Positions 19,483-27,401 of a DNA stretch of 64,000 nucleotides are shown here, piece by piece (the first letter of the stretch is position 1; every line of letters begins with the position of its first letter). Source of the DNA: an uncultured Planctomycetia bacterium (lineage in GTDB: Bacteria; Omnitrophota; Gorgyraeia; Duberdicusellales; 4484-171); NCBI GenBank assembly GCA_964483625.1, contig CAZABB010000004.1, forward strand, positions 6,337 through 70,336, written 5' to 3'. Both the position numbers and the translations under genes were made by a program. A model generated the notes under the pieces. The model was not told the DNA's origin. It saw only the letters and a program-made list of their open reading frames with translations, and did no database searches.

Positions 19483-20781
19483 TTAAATCCCCAGATCAGT
19501 AGGAGCCCTTCCCAGAGATTTAAGCAGACCGATCGTTTCGGCTATCTGGTCAGGTATGGATTGCGACTGATGAGCCCGCCCGGGATAAATCGCATAGAGA
19601 TCCCGATACTCCCGCGGCGTTACGTTCAGCATAACCGAATTGGCGCCGGAAAACAGGCCCTGCCGGCGAGCCTCTGAATCCAGTGTTTCAAAAGCGGTCG
19701 TAACCAGGATTTTGCCCTGCGAAGGGTCAACCAACCGAATAAGCGCGATGACCATCTTCATATATTCGGACGATACCGAATGATGCCCCTCAAGCGGTGT
19801 GCCGGCGACGGGAATAAACGGACCGAACGAATACATCTCAGCCTTAAGTTCTCTGGCCAGAAGGATATCGTTGATAATATCTGCCGACGTCTGGCCGGGT
19901 AACCCGATCAGGCCGCCAGTTGCCACCAGGTATCCCGTCTGGTATGCCGTCCGGATAAGATCGATGCGGGCCCCAAGGGAACCGTGCGGATGCAATTGCT
20001 GGTATAATTTTTCCCGGGACGTCTCAAACCGCAACAGTATACCTCTGGCGCCGGCTTGATAATAACGCGTCAGATCCTCGCGGGAAATTTCGCCGAAACT
20101 GATAAAAACCAGCGCCCCCAACTGGTAGCGTATCTTTCTAATCACCTCCGCCAGCTCATCGCTGCGATAACCGCAATCCTCCCCGCTTTGCAGCACCAAC
20201 GCTTTAAACCCGTACTCGGTCACCGCCGCCTTCGCCGCCGCGAATATTTCTTCACCGTCCATATGATACCGGACAAGACCGGACACAGAGGTGGAAATAC
20301 CGCAATAATGGCATTCTCTGGCGCAGCGGTTGGATATCTCGATAATACCGTGGACACAACAGGCGTTCTTATGATATTTCTGTCTTAAAAAATTAGCGTT
20401 CTTACCGACAAATTCACGTTCGGCGGGATTCTCCAGACAAAGCAGATACTCCAGACTCTCTTTATCCAGACCGAACCCGTGGTTAACCTTATCCAGCAGG
20501 TTTAATACCCGCGGCGATGCGTTCTGCTCCTGGAGGTCCAGCCGGGATAACTCCAGGTCAACCTCCTGCAGGTCAAAAAACGTTTCCTTCCACGTCGCCA
20601 GGATACTTTCGGCTTCATCGGACGCGATCTTCTGAATTGCATATCCGCCCTGAGCGTAAATATAATCCCCGACGCGAAGATCGTCGAATTCATTATACGC
20701 ACGGCGTTCTTCGCCGAAATAATCGACGATCACGAATTTATCCTCGAATCGTTTTACTTTTCCCGGGATCGCGTAACACAT
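19483..20781 (-). CDS. HypC/HupF-domain + HydE-like radical SAM fusion protein
   Basis: N-term MCYAIPGKV...VGDYIYAQGGYAIQKI..DEAE (HypC pattern); then EISNRCARECHYCG, LQSGED, LLRFET..LY..LHP, GPFIP..GTPL, GANSVM, YAIYPGR (HydE-type motifs). Confidence 0.88.
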   Translation of the reverse strand: MCYAIPGKVKRFEDKFVIVDYFGEERRAYNEFDDLRVGDYIYAQGGYAIQKIASDEAESILATWKETFFDLQEVDLELSRLDLQEQNASPRVLNLLDKVNHGFGLDKESLEYLLCLENPAEREFVGKNANFLRQKYHKNACCVHGIIEISNRCARECHYCGISTSVSGLVRYHMDGEEIFAAAKAAVTEYGFKALVLQSGEDCGYRSDELAEVIRKIRYQLGALVFISFGEISREDLTRYYQAGARGILLRFETSREKLYQQLHPHGSLGARIDLIRTAYQTGYLVATGGLIGLPGQTSADIINDILLARELKAEMYSFGPFIPVAGTPLEGHHSVSSEYMKMVIALIRLVDPSQGKILVTTAFETLDSEARRQGLFSGANSVMLNVTPREYRDLYAIYPGRAHQSQSIPDQIAETIGLLKSLGRAPTDLGI

Positions 20782-20852
20782 TCGTCGCTTCGCTCCTTTA
20801 CACTGATGATCACAGATTCCAAACTGATGCTCGCAGATAATTGATCAGTGGT

Positions 20853-21095
20853 TTAATCCATATCGAAAGACACCAGTCTCAGTTCACGCGCCGGGCTCTT
20901 CTCGATCACAAGTGCCGCCCCCTCAAGAACGGTACCGGGAGATTTTTCCTTGAAGAAGAGCCTGAGCACTTCTTCGTTGATTTCGGTGAATTCTCCCATT
21001 TTAAGATACACTTTGGTAATCTTAGCCGCTTTGTTACCGCGGGCGTGATAGAGAATGTCTTCGAAGAGATCTTTCACTAAATGCATTTCATGCAT
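20853..21095 (-). CDS. hypA: HypA-like nickel metallochaperone, 80 aa, lacking the Zn-finger domain
   Basis: MHEMH start, V.L.MGEFT, GTVLEGAAL.IE, RELRLVSFD; no cysteine in the protein. Confidence 0.85.
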   Translation of the reverse strand: MHEMHLVKDLFEDILYHARGNKAAKITKVYLKMGEFTEINEEVLRLFFKEKSPGTVLEGAALVIEKSPARELRLVSFDMD

Positions 21096-21576
21096 GAGAA
21101 AACTCCTTTCTGATAATCTCAATGATTCTATCGGCCGTTTCTTTTACTGCCGCCGATAATCCTTCTTTAAGGTCTACCGATCCCGGCTGAATACCCAGAA
21201 ATTCCACATCGCCCCCCGTATCTTCGGCAATAAGCCGGGCAATAACTTTGAGTGAGATCATATGGGTACTTAACGCCGTCTCCGGGATTATTTCCTGATC
21301 GACCAGCCGCGCCTGACCGGCCGGGAGGCCGAAATCAGCCGCGTCAATGATCAGAATCCGCGCGGGCTTTACCGCGGCAACCTCATCGATGATATTTTCC
21401 GGGTTCTGCCCGGCATCGATCACCGTAAGCTGCCCGGTATTTTCAAGCTCGGCGGCGATATAGGGACCGACGCCGTCGTCGGAACGCAAACTGTTTCCTA
21501 CAGTAATACATACGGTATGTCCTCCGGGGTGAAAAGAAAGCGCGTTGATTACATCAGCGGTTAACGAACTTGACAT
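21088..21576 (-). CDS. [NiFe]-hydrogenase maturation endopeptidase (HycI-like)
   Basis: VGNSLRSDDGVG, PEN, IIDAAD, STH, GIQP. Confidence 0.92.
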   Translation of the reverse strand: MSSSLTADVINALSFHPGGHTVCITVGNSLRSDDGVGPYIAAELENTGQLTVIDAGQNPENIIDEVAAVKPARILIIDAADFGLPAGQARLVDQEIIPETALSTHMISLKVIARLIAEDTGGDVEFLGIQPGSVDLKEGLSAAVKETADRIIEIIRKEFSHA

Positions 21577-22879
21577 TGAGAAAATGCGCCGAACATGATA
21601 TGCAGGGATCGTATGCCCGTACCAGCATCTCCATCGTCAGGGTGATTTCTTCATCGGACTTATCGAGGATTTCCGGCACCAGTTTTTTCATATCCTGTTC
21701 GATACTGTTGACATTCTGCGAGGTAGGGATAATACAGTTGGCATTGACGATCTTCCCCTTATCATCGACCTCGTAGTTATGGAAGAGAAGTCCCCGCGGC
21801 ACCTCCACCGCGCCCACGCCGTTACCGGCTTTGACTGCAATGGTATTGTTTTCGTTTAAGCCGACGACGATCTCTTCATCCCGGTTCACTCCCTTGTTTT
21901 TGAAATGTTCGAGGATGGCGATGGATTCTTCAAGGCTGTGCACACATTCAACCAGCTGAGCCGCGGTATTGAGAAAAGAATTGTAGCAGATTTTATTCAA
22001 TCCGAGAAAATCGGCGACGGCCTTGGCTTTCGGATGCAGTTTTTTATAATTTAAATTCACCCGCGCCAGAGCCCCGACCATATACGACTGGCGGTTCCAT
22101 TTAGCGTGTTTGGCCGAAGAATGCGGCATGACGAATTCATTGGTTACCTCACGATAGTCATGTTTATCCATGCGTTTCCCGTCGGTCGAACCGACATCTC
22201 CCGCGAGCATCGGATACTCGTCGTCATCACTGACCAAACCGACATACTCGGTCTCCCGCTTGAATTCCGGAAATTTCAAGGTCTTACATAACTCAACCGT
22301 CTCCTCCATATCGACACGCATATTGACCAGGATATCCAGCATCGCGTCCAGATCTTTTTCCTTCGGCAGTTTCGTAAACCCGCCTACGATACAGGAAATC
22401 GGATGGATATGCCGGCCGACGAGAATATCACAGACATCGTTACACTGTTTTTTCATCCGCAGGGCGCGCCGGACGACTTTATTGTGACTTTCGATCAGCG
22501 GCACAAAACTCTTAACCCCCAGCAGGTCGGGAGCGACCAGTAAATAGATATGCAAAATATGACTGTCCAGGTTTTCCTGGTGCAGGAGTAATTTCCTTAA
22601 ACGCACGGTCTGCTCCGAAGGAGTAAACCCGATAGCGTCTTCAGCGGCCTGGATCGATGCCAGAGAATGGCCGCAGGCGCAGATACCGCAGATCCGGGAG
22701 GTAATATGCTGCGCTTCGAAAATAGAACGGCCCCGCAGCATACCTTCAAAAAAACGGGGGGACTCGACGATCTCAAGGCGGCATTCTTCCAATTTACCTT
22801 CCTTGACGTTTACGACAATATTCCCGTGTCCCTCGACGCGGGTAAGATATTCGACATTGACTTTAACGTTTCTTGCCAT
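21554..22879 (-). CDS. Group 3b [NiFe]-hydrogenase large (alpha) subunit
   Basis: TRVEGHG, L1 RICGIC, EVPRG, IPT, L2 DPCISCSAH followed by a 9-aa cleavable tail. Confidence 0.95.
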   Translation of the reverse strand: MARNVKVNVEYLTRVEGHGNIVVNVKEGKLEECRLEIVESPRFFEGMLRGRSIFEAQHITSRICGICACGHSLASIQAAEDAIGFTPSEQTVRLRKLLLHQENLDSHILHIYLLVAPDLLGVKSFVPLIESHNKVVRRALRMKKQCNDVCDILVGRHIHPISCIVGGFTKLPKEKDLDAMLDILVNMRVDMEETVELCKTLKFPEFKRETEYVGLVSDDDEYPMLAGDVGSTDGKRMDKHDYREVTNEFVMPHSSAKHAKWNRQSYMVGALARVNLNYKKLHPKAKAVADFLGLNKICYNSFLNTAAQLVECVHSLEESIAILEHFKNKGVNRDEEIVVGLNENNTIAVKAGNGVGAVEVPRGLLFHNYEVDDKGKIVNANCIIPTSQNVNSIEQDMKKLVPEILDKSDEEITLTMEMLVRAYDPCISCSAHFLNVKFVNR

Positions 22880-23630
22880 CTGTTTCTGTCTCCTCCAATT
22901 CACGCGGTTTGTTGTACATATCGATTTTATTCACTACCCAGTCAAGAGGAATATTATGTTTTTCTAAAATATCCATCTGCCCGTTTTTCGCCGGATTCGA
23001 CACCATACCCCGGCAGCCGTAACAGATATTCCCGTTATTGATACACCAGGAATTACACCCGGCGCGGGTTACCGGACCAAGACAGGTAATCCCCTTATCG
23101 TACATGCATTCGTTCTCATTGAGTTTACACTCACGGCAAACGGCGTGATCGGGCACCGTATAAGGAATTCCCTGCAGGGCGCACTTTAATACTTTCACAA
23201 ATTCCGGCTGATACACCGGACACCCGTGCACGAAATAATCCACCTTCACCACCTGGTGCACCGGACAGGTAGGAATGGTCTCAAAATGCTTCGCGCCGTC
23301 TTTATACACGTATTCTTTTATTTCGTTCAGATCAAATTTATTTTTCATCCCGTTGACGCCGCCGATTGTCGCGCAGGATCCGTAGGCGATAAGAACTTTG
23401 GAACGCTTGCGGATGTTCTTGATCCGTTCGACCCCATGCGTTGTGGTAATACTGCCCTCGACGACCGCCACATCGTAGTCGCCGTCCCATTTTTCCGACA
23501 TCGCTTCTCTGAATTCGACGACATCAATTATCTCAAGAATATCAAGCAACGTTTCGCCGAAATTGGCGACCTGAAGCTGGCATCCTTCACAACAAGAGAA
23601 ATCAAAAAAAGCTACTTTTGGTTTTTTCAT
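22863..23630 (-). CDS. Group 3b [NiFe]-hydrogenase small (delta) subunit
   Basis: SCCEGCQ, VEGSI, GSCA, GCP, CREC, CLGPVTRAGC, CYGCRG. Confidence 0.94.
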   Translation of the reverse strand: MKKPKVAFFDFSCCEGCQLQVANFGETLLDILEIIDVVEFREAMSEKWDGDYDVAVVEGSITTTHGVERIKNIRKRSKVLIAYGSCATIGGVNGMKNKFDLNEIKEYVYKDGAKHFETIPTCPVHQVVKVDYFVHGCPVYQPEFVKVLKCALQGIPYTVPDHAVCRECKLNENECMYDKGITCLGPVTRAGCNSWCINNGNICYGCRGMVSNPAKNGQMDILEKHNIPLDWVVNKIDMYNKPRELEETETDGKKR

Positions 23631-23632
23631 AA

Positions 23633-24469
23633 TTATAACGCCTCGATATTATTTTTTATTTTATCGTAAGAAAATACCGGTCCATCCTGACAACAGTACA
23701 CGTCTCCGATCTGGCAATGCCCGCATTTGCCTACGCCGCACTTCATATGCCGCTCCAGCGAAAGATAGATCTGCCTCTCCGGGATCCCTTTCTTTAAGCA
23801 TTCGGCGATAACAAACTTATACATAATCGGCGGGCCGACGACGATTCCGAAAGTACGCTCGGTATCAAGCGTTACACCCGGGATCAGAGACGTGATCAGT
23901 CCGACATTACCTTTCCAATCGGGATCGGCTTTGTCGACAGTACAGTTGAAATTGACATCAAGCCTCTTCTCCCACTGCTCGACTTCCTCGCCAAACAGCA
24001 TATCCTTGGGCGTTTTACAGCCAAGAAGAATACTTACCTTGCCGAAATCACGGCGGTTATCGATCACAAAATTAATCAGCGAACGTAACGGTACAATTCC
24101 CAGCCCTCCGGCGACAAATAACAAATCATTTCCTTCCAGAATCTGTGTAGGGAACCCCACTCCGAACGGACCGCGAATACCGACGGTATCGCCGGCCTTT
24201 AAGCCATGAAGGGCATTCGTTACTTTCCCGACGTTACGCACGACCAGTTCGAAATATCCCCGGATTGTCGGGGAAGAAGAGACCGAAATCGGCGCCTCCC
24301 CCACTCCGGGGAGAGCGACCATAACAAACTGGCCCGGTTCGTGATCGAGACTTTCGCCTCCGGCCAGAGCGATTTTGAAATATTTCTCCTGAGCGGTAAT
24401 CATCTTCGCCTCGAGAATTTCCCCCGTTTTTACGTTATACGCCGATTCTTTTAACGTGACTCGTTTCAT
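23633..24469 (-). CDS. Sulfhydrogenase-type gamma subunit (FAD/NAD(P)-binding, 2Fe-2S)
   Basis: PGQFVM, GEAPIS, RGPFG, AGGLG, SLERHMKCGVGKCGHC, C.DGPVF. Confidence 0.94.
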   Translation of the reverse strand: MKRVTLKESAYNVKTGEILEAKMITAQEKYFKIALAGGESLDHEPGQFVMVALPGVGEAPISVSSSPTIRGYFELVVRNVGKVTNALHGLKAGDTVGIRGPFGVGFPTQILEGNDLLFVAGGLGIVPLRSLINFVIDNRRDFGKVSILLGCKTPKDMLFGEEVEQWEKRLDVNFNCTVDKADPDWKGNVGLITSLIPGVTLDTERTFGIVVGPPIMYKFVIAECLKKGIPERQIYLSLERHMKCGVGKCGHCQIGDVYCCQDGPVFSYDKIKNNIEAL

Positions 24470-25500
24470 TGTGCTCCTTCGGCTAACTGATTGATTGTTT
24501 CCTTTAAATTAATCCGGGCCATACAGGTGCGCGAACACCGTCCGCACCCGGTACAAAAATACCGGCTGTATTTATCCACCGGGTATTTGAATTTACGCAT
24601 ATACCGGTGCCGCTGGCGGTCACCTCGTTCTTCGCGAAAGTTTTCTCCTCCGGCAACCTCCGCGAACGGTTCACTCTGGCAGGAATCCCAGCGGCGTTTT
24701 CTCCCCCCCGTGGTCAGATTCAAATCAATTTCATCCTCGATATCGAAACAGTAGCAGGTCGGGCACACGTTGGTACAGTTGCCGCAGGCGACACAGCGTT
24801 TATGAAGGTCCTGCCAGACGGGTGACTCGAATGATTTATCAAACAGACTTTTGAGATTATTATGAGTAACGGCAACCTCATCCTTAAAGATCTCGCGTTT
24901 CTTCTTACGCATCGCCTTTAACGCTTCCCGGTGTTCTTCTGTGGCTTTCTGAAACAGTCCGGTTTTTTCAATCAGTTCTTCACCTTCAAGCGTATTGATA
25001 TGCACCATAAAAAAATCATCAAGCTCGGTAAAAAAGAGATCATATCCTCCGTTGGGCAGATGGTTATCCATCACCTTACAGTTGGCGTACTCATCGCAAT
25101 ATTCATTACATTCAAGGCCGATGATCAGAATTCTGTTCTTACGAGCCAGGTAGTTGATATCCTTGGGCTTATCGGAAAACACCATATTCAGGCACTGAAT
25201 ACCGGCCAGATCACAGGTATGCACCCCGAAAATAATCATGTCCTGATATTCCATCACCGCGTTCCAGGCCTTTTTACTTTTATCGTATTGCTGCAGGGTT
25301 TCAGTCTGAGGCAGGAAATACTTCTTCGGCGGAAGGATTGTAGGTATATATTTAAGGGAGACTTCCTTGCCGGAGGCAACTTCCTCGAAGGCGTAATTCT
25401 TTACGCCCCGCTTAACGGGAGCCACGGTCTTTTTTATCTGAGCCAAACGGGAAATGAATTCACTGAGATCTGTTTTATGAAGGATTGCGTATTGCGTCAT
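24466..25500 (-). CDS. Sulfhydrogenase-type beta subunit (4Fe-4S dicluster)
   Basis: PPKKYF, CVACGNCTNVCPTCYCF, RRWDSC, CTGCGRCSRTC. Confidence 0.94.
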   Translation of the reverse strand: MTQYAILHKTDLSEFISRLAQIKKTVAPVKRGVKNYAFEEVASGKEVSLKYIPTILPPKKYFLPQTETLQQYDKSKKAWNAVMEYQDMIIFGVHTCDLAGIQCLNMVFSDKPKDINYLARKNRILIIGLECNEYCDEYANCKVMDNHLPNGGYDLFFTELDDFFMVHINTLEGEELIEKTGLFQKATEEHREALKAMRKKKREIFKDEVAVTHNNLKSLFDKSFESPVWQDLHKRCVACGNCTNVCPTCYCFDIEDEIDLNLTTGGRKRRWDSCQSEPFAEVAGGENFREERGDRQRHRYMRKFKYPVDKYSRYFCTGCGRCSRTCMARINLKETINQLAEGAQ

Positions 25501-25518
25501 GGTATCACCCTCTCTATT

Positions 25519-25536
25519 TTGTGAACGTGTTCACAT
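25519..25536. promoter_or_regulatory. Rex operator upstream of the hydrogenase operon
   Basis: TTGTGAACGTGTTCACAT: one mismatch to Rex consensus, located between -10 and RBS. Confidence 0.87.
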
Positions 25537-25547
25537 ATATCCTGACA

Positions 25548-25576
25548 AAGATAACATAATTGCGAAATGTTGTCAA
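25548..25576 (-). promoter_or_regulatory. Sigma70 promoter of the hydrogenase operon (TTGACA-17-TATCTT, extended -10 TG)
   Basis: -35 at 25576-25571, -10 at 25553-25548. Confidence 0.72.
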
Positions 25577-25616
25577 ATGAATTTTTGAAATATCGCAGAT
25601 AATGAACCGGGGAAAT

Positions 25617-26330
25617 TTACAGACCGAGGAATTTTATCGCCGCCCCGCTTAAGAAAATCGCAAGGCCCGCGGCGGCATGAGAATACCGCTGGAATCTCCC
25701 CAGGGAAAATTTCGCCAGACCGAACGCTCCGGCAAATACAACCCCCAGCATCGTTGCGATCGTGGCAAAGGCAAATACTCCCGACACCGCGATCACCGAT
25801 CCCATATTCCCTGTCGCTGCCGGATACATGAGAATAGGTATCAGCGGTTCACATGGTCCAAAGACAAAGATCGTAAACAGGACCCAGGGAGTCAGACTCG
25901 GTTTCGCCTTCGCCTGATGCACGTGCATATGCTGGTGCAGATGATTATGGTGATGAGTATGAGCGGACCCATCGGCGTGATGATGCACATGCCGATGCGG
26001 GGTTTTACGGATAACATAGCGAATACCCCAGATAAAATAGGCCAACCCGAACGCGAGCAGCAGCCAGGCGGCAATTTCTCCCCGGACCGATTCGATTCGC
26101 TCTAAATGCAGAACCGCCACTCCTAAACTGATCCCGAGAAATCCCAGGACGATCGAACTTGCCACGTGCCCGATGCCGCAGAGTACGGTGATGAACGCGG
26201 TTTTGGACATACTCCAGCGGCGGGCTTTGGACATAACGATAAAAGGCAGATAATGGTCGGGCCCCAGCACCGTATGGATGAACCCGATCGTGAACGCCGT
26301 CCCCATTAAAATGAATGTTTCATTGGTCAT
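25617..26330 (-). CDS. His-rich nickel/cobalt permease (UreH/HupE/NiCoT-like)
   Basis: GFIHTVLGPDH TM1 motif, second GH motif, His-rich loop, GPCE, about 6 hydrophobic segments; adjacent to the hydrogenase operon. Confidence 0.8.
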   Translation of the reverse strand: MTNETFILMGTAFTIGFIHTVLGPDHYLPFIVMSKARRWSMSKTAFITVLCGIGHVASSIVLGFLGISLGVAVLHLERIESVRGEIAAWLLLAFGLAYFIWGIRYVIRKTPHRHVHHHADGSAHTHHHNHLHQHMHVHQAKAKPSLTPWVLFTIFVFGPCEPLIPILMYPAATGNMGSVIAVSGVFAFATIATMLGVVFAGAFGLAKFSLGRFQRYSHAAAGLAIFLSGAAIKFLGL

Positions 26331-26369
26331 AAATACCTCCTTCTAAAATATCTACATTTATCAGAATTT

Positions 26370-27401
26370 TTACTCGTTGGCAAGCAATTTTTCAATCAAA
26401 GCGTAGACTTCATCCGGCGAGATGCTGTCCAGACACAGAAAATCATTCTGACAATCATGCGCCCGGCACACGGGACAATTGACGTTTTTATGGATGAAGA
26501 GGGATTTTTCCCCCAGTGGCCGCCAGCGTGTGGGAGAAAGTCCGGGATTACTCCGTCCGAAAATAGAAATCACCGGAATCCCAAGTGCGGCGGCGATATG
26601 CACGGGACCGGAATCGCCCGAAACAAACAGTTTCGCCCTCTCTAAGAGAGCAGTCAGCTCAAAAAGACTGAGTGCCCCTCTTAAATCGATGACTCCTTCT
26701 TCGCCGGCGACCTCACCGGCAAATTCCTTTTCGCTCTCAGCGGTGGTTACCACAACCGGCAGGTTCAGATTTTGCCTGATCTTTTTTATCAGCGCGACGA
26801 AAGAACGCTGTTTCCATCGTTTCGACGGACAGGATGCCGCAGGATGGATCACCACAAAATCCTGTCCTTCATCGATCCCTTTCTTTTTAAGCATTTCCCC
26901 GACACTGCGCCGTGCCGAATCCTTTACCGGGACAAAAAGCGGCACATCACGCACCTGGATATCCAGCGCCCGCAGGATATCCAGCGTGTATTCACTTTCG
27001 TGTTTTTCCCCGCGGTGTTTACGGTGCGGTATTTTCTCGGTCAAAAGCCAACTCAGGTTACGATCCCACCCCACTCGTGTTTTAATCCCCGCAAGATAAG
27101 CGATCAGATGGGCCCGATTGGTAGGATGAAGAACAACGGCCAGATCGAAATTTTTCCGTCTTAAATCCCGCGCGAACCGCCACGTCGCGGGGAAACTCTT
27201 ATGAATCCCGTACTTATCGTACACGATAACCTCATTTACCTCGGGATTGTCTTCAAGCAGACCACGCGTATACGGCCGGCACATAAAAGCGATATAACTA
27301 TCGGGATAAGCCCGGCGCAGATTGCTGATAACAGGGACCGAAAGGACGACATCCCCCATCCGGTCGGTACGAATGATCAGAATGCGTTTGAACGGTTTCA
27401 T
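26370..27401 (-). CDS. GT9 heptosyltransferase (WaaF/WaaQ-like)
   Basis: RMGDVVL, HPAAS..KRW, SGDSGPVHIAAALG. Confidence 0.9.
   Translation of the reverse strand: MKPFKRILIIRTDRMGDVVLSVPVISNLRRAYPDSYIAFMCRPYTRGLLEDNPEVNEVIVYDKYGIHKSFPATWRFARDLRRKNFDLAVVLHPTNRAHLIAYLAGIKTRVGWDRNLSWLLTEKIPHRKHRGEKHESEYTLDILRALDIQVRDVPLFVPVKDSARRSVGEMLKKKGIDEGQDFVVIHPAASCPSKRWKQRSFVALIKKIRQNLNLPVVVTTAESEKEFAGEVAGEEGVIDLRGALSLFELTALLERAKLFVSGDSGPVHIAAALGIPVISIFGRSNPGLSPTRWRPLGEKSLFIHKNVNCPVCRAHDCQNDFLCLDSISPDEVYALIEKLLANE

Noticed and set aside
19483-20781. Annotating the fusion's SAM domain as biotin synthase BioB or PylB
   Set aside because: Its motifs (LLRFET, GPFIP..GTPL, GAN.VM, YxxYPG) and the hydG neighbour fit HydE better, and there are no bio or pyl genes in the window. 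A phylogeny is still needed.
21554-22879. Possible [NiFeSe] enzyme or selenocysteine recoding
   Set aside because: L2 reads DPCISC with ordinary Cys codons and there is no in-frame TGA.
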